From IMG/VR virus record IMGVR_UViG_3300031463_000001, positions 32,001-96,000 of that record: a DNA stretch of 64,000 nt; one strand, 5' to 3'. Shown piece after piece: positions 1 to 10,672 of the stretch (position 1 is its first letter; each line of letters begins with the position of its first letter). This DNA is from a virus. A program made the position numbers and the translations under genes. The notes beneath the pieces were generated by a model. The model was given only the letters and a program-made list of their open reading frames with translations, was not told where the DNA came from and did not search any database.

Positions 1-125
1 TCCTAAAGTTAGGTTTTCCAGAAAGAACTAATATTATTATAAGTATAGGAACTGATGTTTATTTTAAACAAAAAATAAAAGATTTTATTAATAAAACTAG
101 TTTAGATTTTGAAGAACTAGGAATT

Positions 126-2033
126 ATGTCAGGATATAAACAATTAATGTTTAATTATTTATTTGCCTCTCATTCTTCAATAGCAGAAAAAATAAATGAA
201 GAAGCTAAAAGTGAAAAAAATATAACTTTTACAGGTTATGAAGAATTTGTAGATTTTTTAGTTGAACTTTTTTATTATTTTAATTCAAAGGTAGCTTTTT
301 ATAGATATGGAGATTTGCAAAAACAATTAGAAGATATTAACAACCAAATTAAAAATTATCAGTCATTTGAAAAAATTGATAAATATTATCTTACTCTAAA
401 AAAAGAAAATGTTTTAAAATTAGATATAACTCCTTTTTTTATGAATTGCACAAGTACATCTAATATAGATAATGTTTATGCAACTTGTAGTGTAACTTTG
501 TTAGATAGTACTTTAGAGGATAAATTTGAAGATTTAAAACAACCTGTAGCGGGAAATATTCCATTTAGATTAGTAGAAGGTACAAATTCATCAAAAGATG
601 TATATAACTATTTAAAAGAGGATGCTCAAAATGATTTACAATCTTTAATATTTGATAATTTACATTTAGCTGATTTAATTCAACCTAATGATTTTATTGT
701 TATATATGCTCGAAATTCTAGTATTCCTTTAAGTGAAGTAGCTAAAGGAAGAGAGATTTCTTTAGATGATAAAAAATTAAGTTTTTTTCCATATCTTGAT
801 CTTTTAGGTTATAGAAAAATATTTGCAGGATTTGTAACCGAAAATAAATTTAATGAAGCTGCAGGAACTATTCCAACTATAACGTTAACGTGTAAAAGTT
901 CTTTATATCTTTTAGAAGAAACTTTACGTATATTTACTCCTGGATTATTTCAAAAAGCGTTTTATAGCACTTTAGAGGTAGGAAATGATACCAATCTTTA
1001 TACAGCATTAAATAATTTATTTGCTAATTATAATGTAAGAGATGCAGTGTTAACTTTATTAACATTAAATTTAGGTTTAAAAATTAAAGGTATAATATCA
1101 GAAACACAAATAATAACAGAAAAAGGATATAATTTTAAAGAATATGATAAAACTCCTCCAAATGAACTTTTAAATCCTTTAACAGTTCCTATCTTTTTAA
1201 TGCATATAGCATTTAAGGAGATGTATGATGAAGACGAATTTCCATTAAAACTTAAAATATTTGCAGGAGGAGACATTTTAGACAAATTACAAGGATTTCT
1301 AATTCATATACAAAATAGTTTTAAGGACTTTAGTCCTACTTTAAAAACTCCTATGGATATTATAAAAGAAATGAGTCGAATAGCTTTTTTTGAATTTTTT
1401 GAAGATGCTGAAAGAGGTATTTTATTTAGACCTTTAAGTTATGATGCTGGAGTAGGGGAAGAAGATTATTATACTTTATTAGATACTTCTAATGTGATAA
1501 ACTTTAATCGTTCTCACACTATTAATCAAATTTTTACTAGGGTAACAACTTCTTTTTATATGAATATATTACAACAGTTATTACCCTTTTTAAAATATCC
1601 ATATACTAATGGAAAATTACTATTAAAATATGGTTTAAGAGACGGGGGAGATATTGCTAATCCAAATATAAGATTTGGAAAAACCGATTTAGAATTGTCT
1701 GAAAAATATCATCAATTTGCATTGTTTTATTTAACTCAACATAATTATTCAAAACAAATAGGTAATATAACTTTTATTTTTAATAGTGATTTAAAAGAAT
1801 ATGAAAGAGCTAATATAGGAATGCCAATAGAAATATATTATGGTGTAGAAGGAACTTCATTTGTGGGATATGTTACTTCAAAAACAGTTACTTTAGCTGC
1901 TGGGGGAACTTTAACTGAAAGCTATACTGTATCCTATTTAAGAGCTTCTGGGGTTACATTACCTAATTATCTTGAATTTTTTGAAAATATGCCTACTGAA
2001 GGATTATTATTAAATCCAAAACTTTGGGGTTAA
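126..2033 (+). CDS. Putative baseplate hub / tail structural protein
   Basis: 635-aa ORF immediately upstream of spike, gp25-like and baseplate J genes; C-terminal LLKYGLR and GYVTSKTVT segments resemble myovirus hub proteins; positional inference. Confidence 0.5.
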   Translation: MSGYKQLMFNYLFASHSSIAEKINEEAKSEKNITFTGYEEFVDFLVELFYYFNSKVAFYRYGDLQKQLEDINNQIKNYQSFEKIDKYYLTLKKENVLKLDITPFFMNCTSTSNIDNVYATCSVTLLDSTLEDKFEDLKQPVAGNIPFRLVEGTNSSKDVYNYLKEDAQNDLQSLIFDNLHLADLIQPNDFIVIYARNSSIPLSEVAKGREISLDDKKLSFFPYLDLLGYRKIFAGFVTENKFNEAAGTIPTITLTCKSSLYLLEETLRIFTPGLFQKAFYSTLEVGNDTNLYTALNNLFANYNVRDAVLTLLTLNLGLKIKGIISETQIITEKGYNFKEYDKTPPNELLNPLTVPIFLMHIAFKEMYDEDEFPLKLKIFAGGDILDKLQGFLIHIQNSFKDFSPTLKTPMDIIKEMSRIAFFEFFEDAERGILFRPLSYDAGVGEEDYYTLLDTSNVINFNRSHTINQIFTRVTTSFYMNILQQLLPFLKYPYTNGKLLLKYGLRDGGDIANPNIRFGKTDLELSEKYHQFALFYLTQHNYSKQIGNITFIFNSDLKEYERANIGMPIEIYYGVEGTSFVGYVTSKTVTLAAGGTLTESYTVSYLRASGVTLPNYLEFFENMPTEGLLLNPKLWG

Positions 2034-2909
2034 ATGATAAAACTAGCTCAAATAATAGACGTTGTTCCACCTGATCCTTCATCTACTAATGAAAATCTTC
2101 AATTAAGAGTTCGTATTATTCCTACTGATGAATTCACTGTAGTAAATTATCCTCTTACTAAATCTTCGAAATATCCTTCTACGGATTCAATTATTTTAAT
2201 ATATCAACCAAATGACTATCTTAGTTATTATGTAACCACATTAAGAGAAAATGATGTCGAAATAGGAGATTTAGAATTATTTGATACTACTACGTTAAAT
2301 GGTAAAAATTTATTGGAAGAGGATGAATATGCATGGAGAGTAGGAAACAAAACAACTAATACTTCTACTTTAATATTAAAAAAAGCTTTTATTGATGCAT
2401 CAGTTTCCACAAGTTTAGGAAAATCAAAATTTAATCTAGGAGCTACTCAAACTTTAATAGACTCACGTTTAATTACTTTAAAAGGACAAGCTTTAATTGG
2501 AAATTTTCTAGAAATGCCTTTATCTACTTCAACTTTCCAAAATTCAACTGGGGGAGTAAATTTTTCGTATACTTATGGAACTAACCTTGTAAAGTGTGAT
2601 TTTAATATAGATAAAAGTGGAGTAAATATTAAGGTAAATACTCCATTAGGTAGTGGAAACATTAATTTGAAAACAGATGGGTGTGAAGTAACTTTTAATA
2701 ATTCAAAAATAACTATAAATAGATTAGGAGAGGTTACTATAGATGCACAATCGATTAAGATGGGTAAAAATGTGAAAAAATTATTAACTGAAGATTTTGT
2801 GGATAAGTTTAATAATCATACTCATCCTTCTTCAAGTGGACCAACAAGTCCACCAACTACCCCAATTGTATTTGCAGAAGTAACTACCCAAATAACACAA
2901 GCTGGTTAA
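2034..2909 (+). CDS. Baseplate central spike (gp5/gpV-like)
   Basis: N-terminal OB-like segment, beta-rich C-terminal half, terminal FNNHTHPSSSGPTSPP (HxH metal-binding spike apex motif). Confidence 0.75.
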   Translation: MIKLAQIIDVVPPDPSSTNENLQLRVRIIPTDEFTVVNYPLTKSSKYPSTDSIILIYQPNDYLSYYVTTLRENDVEIGDLELFDTTTLNGKNLLEEDEYAWRVGNKTTNTSTLILKKAFIDASVSTSLGKSKFNLGATQTLIDSRLITLKGQALIGNFLEMPLSTSTFQNSTGGVNFSYTYGTNLVKCDFNIDKSGVNIKVNTPLGSGNINLKTDGCEVTFNNSKITINRLGEVTIDAQSIKMGKNVKKLLTEDFVDKFNNHTHPSSSGPTSPPTTPIVFAEVTTQITQAG

Positions 2910-2912
2910 AAT

Positions 2913-3434
2913 ATGTATTTAACAAGATTAATATTAAAAAAAGATTTATCACTAGAGGCTCAAAAGTGGGGAATATCTAATTTAATGTGTATATTAGAAG
3001 CTATAATAAATGAACCCGAAGTTTCAGCTTTATTACTTTCTTATCTTGAAATACTTGAATCAGCTTTACAAGCCCAAATTGCTTCTTTAACATATTTGAT
3101 TGCTTCGTCCTCTGAAGCTTTTATAAATGTATTTCAAACAGTTTTTGGATCTTTAAAAAGTGATGTTGAAATGTTAAAAGGAGAAATAGATAATGTTGTT
3201 AATCCTTTAAAGAATAATGCCTATTTAAATAACAAATGTGGAAAAACAGTTGTTTTTCAAATTCTTAAATGGGCTGATGATTCATTAAATACTTTATCAG
3301 CTAGTATGGATAATGCTCAATTCTTAACTTCTAAAGCTAACCTAACAGTAGAGAATAATCTAGCTAAACTAAATGATTTACAAGAAAAGTTAAAATTTGT
3401 TCAAAAACTAAAGGAGTATATAAAGGATCCATGA
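2913..3434 (+). CDS. Hypothetical helical protein in baseplate operon
   Basis: 173-aa ORF tightly coupled between spike and wedge genes. Confidence 0.6.
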   Translation: MYLTRLILKKDLSLEAQKWGISNLMCILEAIINEPEVSALLLSYLEILESALQAQIASLTYLIASSSEAFINVFQTVFGSLKSDVEMLKGEIDNVVNPLKNNAYLNNKCGKTVVFQILKWADDSLNTLSASMDNAQFLTSKANLTVENNLAKLNDLQEKLKFVQKLKEYIKDP

Positions 3435-3865
3435 TAGATTTAATGTGTAAAACTAAAGTAGGTGATTCTTTTGAATTTTCTACTAATAATGATCTTCAAA
3501 TTGATCCTTTTAATGGTGATTTAATAATGGTTAATGGTAAAGATTTATTGGCTCAACTTATTGCAAAAATGTTTTTAACCGAAAAAAATGAAAATCTTTT
3601 GAATCCTGATTTAGGATCAACCATTTTTGATATAAATGTACAACTAGAAAATTCAGCCTATTTAGAGGCTTTATTAGAGGATGAAATAGTTAGAGTTCTA
3701 GCTTTAGTTTATATGATTACTAAAGATTCAGATAACAAAGACGAGATAATTAGTAGAGTTGATTCTTTTGAAATAACTGATGTTACTTCTAATTCATTTA
3801 AGTTAAATTTAAATATAATAAATCAAACTAATCAACTAGTTCAAATTCCTATAAGTGAGGAATAA
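3431..3865 (+). CDS. Baseplate wedge subunit, gp25/W-like
   Basis: GDLIMVNGKDLLAQ..LTEK....NPDLGS pattern typical of gp25-like proteins; precedes baseplate J. Confidence 0.75.
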   Translation: MIDLMCKTKVGDSFEFSTNNDLQIDPFNGDLIMVNGKDLLAQLIAKMFLTEKNENLLNPDLGSTIFDINVQLENSAYLEALLEDEIVRVLALVYMITKDSDNKDEIISRVDSFEITDVTSNSFKLNLNIINQTNQLVQIPISEE

Positions 3866-3866
3866 A

Positions 3867-5246
3867 ATGAAAAGTTTAAATGAAATAATAGATAGTTTAA
3901 AAAATGCTATAAAGAGTAAAAATTCTCAATTTAATGTTAATGAGGGTACAATTATTAATGATATTTTAATTAATGTACCCGCCCAAGAAATAAATGACCT
4001 TTATACTGAGTTAGGTAACGTTTCCAATAAAGTACTTTTAAATAATTTAACAAGTGATGAATTAGATAGTTTAGGTTCTTCATTATTTATACCCCGAAGA
4101 GTTGCTCTTCCTTCAAAAGGTAAAATAATATTTAGAGCCTTAAATGTTACTCCGTCTATCAATATACCTAAAGGAACTTTAGTGGGTACTTCATCTTTTT
4201 CGATTTACAAAAATATTTCATTTACTCTAGATTCAGATATTACAATGGATTCAACAAATAGTAGATTTGTGGGAGGATATTATGAAGGTGAAGGATTTGC
4301 TACATGTACCTCTAGTGGAACTAGTGGAAATATTCCAGCTAATACAATTTCTTTAATAGTTTCAACCTTAGATAGTAGAGTGGTAGGAGTTTATAATCCA
4401 GAAAGTTTTAGTGGAGGAGCAGATTTGGAATCTGATAATGATTATTTAAATAGAATACTTCTTTTGTTAAGAAGTGGTTCTTCAATAGGTACACTATCAT
4501 ATTTAAAGTATTTAATTGAAAGTCATCCTTCAGCTAGAGTTCTAGATTATCATGTTTATTTACCTAATGATCCCAAATTGAAAAGAAATCCATATGGTGA
4601 TTCGATAGATGTATATGTTATTAGTAAATTGGAAAGTCAGGTTACTGAAACTCTTTCAACTGATGATTATAACCATTTAATTCCTTCTCATAAACCAGTT
4701 TTTTCTTTATCTACTAGTGGAATTACTTTTGTATCCGATTGGGATTCAGATTTTGCTAGATCTTCTAAATCGTTAGATCATTTTGAAACATCCTCAAGTG
4801 GAAGTTTTGAAGTAACATATACTTATAACAAAAATATAGAAGATTTACAAAATTGGATTGATGATCCAGATCATAAACCTTTAACATTGGATGTATTGAT
4901 AAAAGAAGCTAAAATTAAAGATGTAAAAGTTGTAGTTTGGATAATTAGAAAAGGGGGTTATGATACTGATACATTAAGAACTAATGTTTTAACAAGTTTA
5001 AAAAATTTTATTAACTCTAATAAATTAAATCAAAATATTTATTTATCAGATATAGTAGGAGTAATTGAAGGAGTTGATGGAGTAGATTATATAGATACAG
5101 ATGTAAATGGAGAATTGAGAATATCCCTTTATTCTAAATATGAAAAAGATACTGGTTATCCAGCTCAGGCTCAACCTGTTCTTACTACTAATGAAATTGA
5201 ATATTTTATGCTTGATGAATCAAATTCTGAAATTAATATAAGCTAA
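3867..5246 (+). CDS. Baseplate J-like wedge protein
   Basis: GTSGNIPANTI...YNPESFSGGADLESDNDYLNRI and IEGVDGVDYI motifs; GAGG RBS before ATG 3867 (ORF track starts 3855). Confidence 0.9.
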   Translation: MKSLNEIIDSLKNAIKSKNSQFNVNEGTIINDILINVPAQEINDLYTELGNVSNKVLLNNLTSDELDSLGSSLFIPRRVALPSKGKIIFRALNVTPSINIPKGTLVGTSSFSIYKNISFTLDSDITMDSTNSRFVGGYYEGEGFATCTSSGTSGNIPANTISLIVSTLDSRVVGVYNPESFSGGADLESDNDYLNRILLLLRSGSSIGTLSYLKYLIESHPSARVLDYHVYLPNDPKLKRNPYGDSIDVYVISKLESQVTETLSTDDYNHLIPSHKPVFSLSTSGITFVSDWDSDFARSSKSLDHFETSSSGSFEVTYTYNKNIEDLQNWIDDPDHKPLTLDVLIKEAKIKDVKVVVWIIRKGGYDTDTLRTNVLTSLKNFINSNKLNQNIYLSDIVGVIEGVDGVDYIDTDVNGELRISLYSKYEKDTGYPAQAQPVLTTNEIEYFMLDESNSEINIS

Positions 5247-5249
5247 ATT

Positions 5250-7205
5250 ATGAAAATATATTTTAGTTATTTAAAGGATGTTGATTTTGATAAAGTTAAT
5301 GGTTGGACTAGTAATTTGGGTAAACTTATTTTATTTTGGAATATTGTTCCATGTAATAGTAATTTAACTGATTTAAGAATAGAGATAAGTGATGACATTA
5401 CTTTTAAACAGTTTGATTCGATTCCTATTGATATAAATGATTGGAATAATAGGGTGGGATTAAGTTATTCTTATAAAATAGATTATTCAGATTGGAAAAA
5501 TTCAACTAAATTTTTTAGGATATCAGCTAATAATACTTATTCAGATATTTTAAAAATTCAATTTAATGAACCCATAAATTTGTTAACTGTTACAGATTTA
5601 TTAAATATTCTTCCAGGTAATCGTTATTATAATAAAGAACTAGATTCTAATATAGGCCTTTTTTATGATGCATATACTAGTGAATTTAATGATGTAAGGA
5701 TTGAAACTAATTTATTTAAGAATAAGTTTTTGTATGGATTTTGGGATTTAACTAAGTTAAATTTAACTAATTTAAATTCATATGATATATTATTGTTGAA
5801 TCATTATCTATATATAAATAGGAATAAATTGGGTAGTGTAAATGCTTTAAAAGAATTTGGACATTTTTTGACTGGAATGGATGCTACCTATAAATTTAAA
5901 AAAGATGAACCATATATAATTATTGGAGATAATTCACATATTTATTATAGGTTAGATGAGGGAATAGAAGGAACTAATCCTCTATTAAATCCTCCATTAG
6001 AGAGTACTAATAGTTTAAGACGAAGTATTTATGTAATATTTAATGACCCAAAAAACATACTAGCTAATTTAAATGATATTAAAGATTCTCTTATAAATTT
6101 ATTACAAGATGTAGTAGGATGTGCTTTTTATTTTCAATTAAAAGTTGTAGTTTCAAGTGGATATACATTATGGAAAAATATTAATAATTGTAAAAGAAAA
6201 TTGATTGGACTTTCATTTAAGACTAATGATTTATTTTATCAATATATTGATCCCACTTCAAATCAACCCAATACTTTAGTAAAGTATAATTTAGATGATA
6301 ATACTTATCAAATTATTACTTCTTCTATTATTGATTTTGGAGAAGCTAATTGGTTTACTGAAGATAATATAAATTATTATTTTTCTAATATTAATCCTAA
6401 TGCTGAACCTTATATCAATTTTACTTTTAACCTTGCTTTTAATAAAACAACTAAAATATTTTCAAGTCAGGAAGTTGCAAGTGTAAAAAATTTTAAAGTT
6501 TTTCCTATTGCTACTCTAGATGATATCTCTACTGTTTATTATTCTACAACATGGGTTAATCCATCCACCCTTGAATCCTCCCTTTCAAAAGATTCTAATG
6601 AATTATTTTTTGGTCAACTTGATCCCGATTATTCAAATAATTCAATATCATTTCAAGATCGATTTAATGATTTAGGTATATATGTATGTTCAGATATTGA
6701 CAATATAAGATATTATCGAATTTATCAAGTATTTTTACCTAATCTTATTGGTTCACTTTGGATGGATTTAGCAGGTAGTGTATCTTCTAATAATGGAATT
6801 TATGTTAAATTAGCTTATGGGAAACTTTTTATGGTTGTAAGTCAAAATTCAACAGATAGTATAGAAGTATATGATTTTAATACTAAACAATTAATAAATT
6901 CAATAGATATTAATGGTTATACTTCATTTCATAATAGAAAAGTTATTTCAGATACGGATACAGTAGGTTCTAAATATTTATTATTCGGAGATACAACTAA
7001 ACCTAGAGTAATGTTTGTTAATATGCAAACGCTTGAAGTTATTTATAAAGATTATACTAATCAAATACCTTATCAAAATTATCCATTTAGCAGAATAAGT
7101 TATTCATATGTAAAAAATAATTTAGTAATCTTTTTAGATAAAACAGATTTAGCTGATTCAGGCGACATAAAATGTTGGTTTATTCGAAATATGAACATAG
7201 AGTAA
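5250..7205 (+). CDS. Baseplate wedge / tail structural protein
   Basis: 651 aa following baseplate J; KLGSVNALKE resembles P2 gpI-like segment; beta-rich C-terminus. Confidence 0.5.
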   Translation: MKIYFSYLKDVDFDKVNGWTSNLGKLILFWNIVPCNSNLTDLRIEISDDITFKQFDSIPIDINDWNNRVGLSYSYKIDYSDWKNSTKFFRISANNTYSDILKIQFNEPINLLTVTDLLNILPGNRYYNKELDSNIGLFYDAYTSEFNDVRIETNLFKNKFLYGFWDLTKLNLTNLNSYDILLLNHYLYINRNKLGSVNALKEFGHFLTGMDATYKFKKDEPYIIIGDNSHIYYRLDEGIEGTNPLLNPPLESTNSLRRSIYVIFNDPKNILANLNDIKDSLINLLQDVVGCAFYFQLKVVVSSGYTLWKNINNCKRKLIGLSFKTNDLFYQYIDPTSNQPNTLVKYNLDDNTYQIITSSIIDFGEANWFTEDNINYYFSNINPNAEPYINFTFNLAFNKTTKIFSSQEVASVKNFKVFPIATLDDISTVYYSTTWVNPSTLESSLSKDSNELFFGQLDPDYSNNSISFQDRFNDLGIYVCSDIDNIRYYRIYQVFLPNLIGSLWMDLAGSVSSNNGIYVKLAYGKLFMVVSQNSTDSIEVYDFNTKQLINSIDINGYTSFHNRKVISDTDTVGSKYLLFGDTTKPRVMFVNMQTLEVIYKDYTNQIPYQNYPFSRISYSYVKNNLVIFLDKTDLADSGDIKCWFIRNMNIE

Positions 7206-7220
7206 TTAATAGGAGTTATA

Positions 7221-9371
7221 ATGAGATGGCCTAATTTTTTACCTCAACTTCCACTAAGAAGTGATTACTTAAATGCAATAAAGACTTATTTCGACGAGTT
7301 AATACTCCAAAGATTTAAACAAACTATATTATCTAAAACCTTTGGAATTGTTCCAGGTTATCCTTCAATAAACAAAGAATTTGAAATAACTCTACAAGAT
7401 TCTCAACTTTTGACTATTAAAAAAGGATTGGCTATAGATAGTAGTAATAGGATTATACTATTAGATCAGGATATTACAATTGGATTCAATTTTACTAATG
7501 ATTCATTTCCTCTTTCTTCTTACAAAGATTGCTACATATATGTTTACTATAATGAAGAAAATGATACCTCAGTAGTTGATTATGATACTAATGGGAATCC
7601 ACTTTATCCTTATGTAAAGGTTGAATCACTTCTTCATTTCAAATTAGATACTCCAGAAGTTCAGGATACTTATATATTAGTGGCACATACTAAATTATAT
7701 AAGGATGATCAAGGAAATATATTTGTAGATTCGTTTGATAATGCAGCAAATTCGAGAATATATTCAGTTATTAACATGTATGCTCTATTTAATAATCAAC
7801 TTATTAATTTCCAAGATCACATTAATCAACATGGACATGGAATAGTTTCTTCAACAAATCCTCATGGTTTATCTTTAGAAGATTTGGGAGTTGAGATAGT
7901 TATAAATCATGTAGTTAATAAGAATGGATTAATATTACCGTATGTTAATACTAACAATTCAGGTTTTTATTTTACATTTCATTCAGATACCATAAAAACA
8001 AATAATTATATAGATATATATCCTTTAAATGAGGATGAAATTGTATTTTTGAATAGAGTAGTTTATTCTAGAAGTGATTTAGATATAAGTGATATAGATT
8101 TTAATAATGGTTATGTTAGATTGTGGATACAAGATACTACTCCAAATAATACCTATTATTATATAAAAGGACAAAGAAATCCTACAAATAATAAGTTATC
8201 TATTAGTTTTGATTCTACTCCTTTTAAAGATACTGATCTAGCTATTGGTACTTTTAAGCTAGATAGTGGTGGGAAAATTGATCCTTTTTCAATTAAAGAT
8301 AACAGAAATATAGGATTTGTAGACGCAAATACTATTGATCCTGTAACAAATGTTGGATATGTTTGGGGATTAAATACTGCTAAAGGAAATAGAACCCAAA
8401 AAATGTTTTATGTAAAAGTTGCATCAGATTTAGATATAAATCAATCTTCCTTTACTGTGAATGGAACTTTAACTATAAGAACACCCCATTTTGATAATGC
8501 TTATAATTTGAATGATTTAGAATATCATGTATATAGTTATGCAAATCATCAACTAGGTAATTTAGTTGATTCAGGTTCATGGGTAACGAAAGTAGGCTCT
8601 ACCATAAATCTTTCTAACAAAGTATGGAACGGTGTAGGAGAATGGTGGCTAACAATCGAAGGAGAAATTAAGTTTCCAACTAATTTCCCTAATCCTACAA
8701 TGCTTCGAATAACAACAGATGATGGAGCTAGATTAACTATAGGAGGAGTAACTTATTTAGATGCATTATTTGATCAATCAACAACTCAATATTTAGTAGC
8801 AATACCCTGGGAAAATGATAAATGGTATTCATTTAAGTTAGATCATTATGAAGTAATTTTACCTGAATCAGAAAGACTTTATGTAGAGTATCAAGATAAT
8901 GTGAATATTTTTCATTCCCTCTATGTAAATAGTAATACTAGATATTTAAAATATATAGATATTCCTTATGTATTTAATAATAATTCATTATGGGAAGTTT
9001 TAGATACTTTAAATAATTCATTAAATCCTTATAATATTTTTGTAAGAGTAGTAGATAATCAACTTGTTTTTTATTCTTATAATTATTTGGAAATAGTTAA
9101 TGATTCTACTAATAATTTATTTAGTAGTTCAAAATTGGGTAAATATGAAGAATATGAAATAATAAAAAGAATAGAATATACTGGAGATGGAATCGTAGGA
9201 AAAGAGATTGTAGGTAATTTTTCCAAAGAAAATTTTTATTGGACCGAATTTTATTATGATAGTAATTATAATTTAATTAGTACAAAGACTAATTTGAAAG
9301 ATAAATCATTTCAAATATCTCCACAATATTATAATGATAGTATAATAAACATTAATGAAACATTTATTTAG
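7221..9371 (+). CDS. Tail fibre/baseplate protein with PA14-like domain
   Basis: KKGLAIDSSNRII N-terminal baseplate motif, NPHGLSL motif, LRITTDDGARLTIGG (PA14 xDDG motif). Confidence 0.65.
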   Translation: MRWPNFLPQLPLRSDYLNAIKTYFDELILQRFKQTILSKTFGIVPGYPSINKEFEITLQDSQLLTIKKGLAIDSSNRIILLDQDITIGFNFTNDSFPLSSYKDCYIYVYYNEENDTSVVDYDTNGNPLYPYVKVESLLHFKLDTPEVQDTYILVAHTKLYKDDQGNIFVDSFDNAANSRIYSVINMYALFNNQLINFQDHINQHGHGIVSSTNPHGLSLEDLGVEIVINHVVNKNGLILPYVNTNNSGFYFTFHSDTIKTNNYIDIYPLNEDEIVFLNRVVYSRSDLDISDIDFNNGYVRLWIQDTTPNNTYYYIKGQRNPTNNKLSISFDSTPFKDTDLAIGTFKLDSGGKIDPFSIKDNRNIGFVDANTIDPVTNVGYVWGLNTAKGNRTQKMFYVKVASDLDINQSSFTVNGTLTIRTPHFDNAYNLNDLEYHVYSYANHQLGNLVDSGSWVTKVGSTINLSNKVWNGVGEWWLTIEGEIKFPTNFPNPTMLRITTDDGARLTIGGVTYLDALFDQSTTQYLVAIPWENDKWYSFKLDHYEVILPESERLYVEYQDNVNIFHSLYVNSNTRYLKYIDIPYVFNNNSLWEVLDTLNNSLNPYNIFVRVVDNQLVFYSYNYLEIVNDSTNNLFSSSKLGKYEEYEIIKRIEYTGDGIVGKEIVGNFSKENFYWTEFYYDSNYNLISTKTNLKDKSFQISPQYYNDSIININETFI

Positions 9372-9379
9372 GAGGAAAG

Positions 9380-10240
9380 ATGTGGCCAATTATATTAAAT
9401 CTTTTTAATAGATTGAAGATCTCTAATGATAAAAGTTTTGAAATTCTTAAAAATGATACAAATTATATTTTAAAAAAGAATACTTATGTTGCTCAATCTA
9501 TTACATATACTCAAAGTGGTAATTTTTATTTTTCTCCAGATGATGATCGAACAGGTTTTATAATTATTACTTTATTAGGAGGAGGTGGAGGTGGTGGGGG
9601 ACAAAATGGAGGAGGAGGAGGAGGAGCTTCATGTTTTTATGGTTTAGTATCAAATTTGACACTCGTAAATGCAATACTTATTTCAGTTGGTTCAGGAGGA
9701 ACGGGAGGAAGTGTTTATGGAAATGGTTCCACTGGAGGAACTACTCAAGCAGATTTTATATTAAAAAATGGAAGAGCTATTAGTATAAAGTCTAAAGGAG
9801 GAATAGGAGGAGAATGGAATAAGGGTTCTGGGGGATATTTTGGAAATGTTGAAGCTTCAGAATCTGTATATGTTTATGCTTTTCATGATGATTTTTGTAT
9901 TCAATTATTTGATTGGGGTAATGTTATAAATGGAGGTAATGGGGGTAATGGAGGATCTTCAGCTACAAATGGAGACAATGTAACTTATCCTATTAAAGGT
10001 TTATTAAATTTAGGGTTTGTGACCTATACTGGAGGAATAGCGGGATGGGGTAGTGGAGGAGGAGGAGCATCTGCATATGGATCTGGAGGAAATGGGGGAA
10101 ATGCAAATAATCCTCCTATAGGAGGAAATGGAATAGGATATGGAAGTGGAGGTGGAGGAGGTGGAGCACCCTATAATGGTGGACCCGGAGGAGATGGAGC
10201 TCCCGGATTAGCTAAAATTATAAGATTCAAATATTTTTAA
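9380..10240 (+). CDS. Glycine-rich tail-fibre-associated protein
   Basis: GGGGGGGG / GGGGAS / GSGGGGGG repeats typical of phage glycine-rich domains; GGAGG RBS. Confidence 0.75.
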   Translation: MWPIILNLFNRLKISNDKSFEILKNDTNYILKKNTYVAQSITYTQSGNFYFSPDDDRTGFIIITLLGGGGGGGGQNGGGGGGASCFYGLVSNLTLVNAILISVGSGGTGGSVYGNGSTGGTTQADFILKNGRAISIKSKGGIGGEWNKGSGGYFGNVEASESVYVYAFHDDFCIQLFDWGNVINGGNGGNGGSSATNGDNVTYPIKGLLNLGFVTYTGGIAGWGSGGGGASAYGSGGNGGNANNPPIGGNGIGYGSGGGGGGAPYNGGPGGDGAPGLAKIIRFKYF

Positions 10241-10672
10241 ATGGAGGTTAATATGTCCGATTATGCAGTAATAGATAAGAATGGAAGAGTAGTAAATGTG
10301 ATTGTAGCGGATGAAGAATTTATTAATAATTGGTTACCTAAATATACTAATTATTCTCAAGCAATAGAAAGAATAGGAAGAAAAGGAAATATAGGACAAT
10401 TATATGTTAATGGAATATTTTATGAAATAACTTCTTTTACTGAAGATTTATCATCCCAAATAGACGGAACCAAAACATCTTTTAACCTTACATATTTACC
10501 TCAAAAAGATTTTAATGTAACAGCCACCAAAGATGATATAAAAGTAACTTTAAACAACAATGTAATTACTGATTTTGAATATAATAATCAAGCAATAACG
10601 TTTACAAATCCACCTGCAAGTGGATCAACTTTGATGGTAAGCTATCCAATAAAGAAAGAGGTAACTGAATGA
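10241..10672 (+). CDS. Tail fibre accessory protein
   Basis: YAVIDKNGRVVNVIVAD N-terminus and DGTKTSFNL...ITFTNPPASGS C-terminal domain; start may be 10253 after GGAGGT. Confidence 0.6.
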   Translation: MEVNMSDYAVIDKNGRVVNVIVADEEFINNWLPKYTNYSQAIERIGRKGNIGQLYVNGIFYEITSFTEDLSSQIDGTKTSFNLTYLPQKDFNVTATKDDIKVTLNNNVITDFEYNNQAITFTNPPASGSTLMVSYPIKKEVTE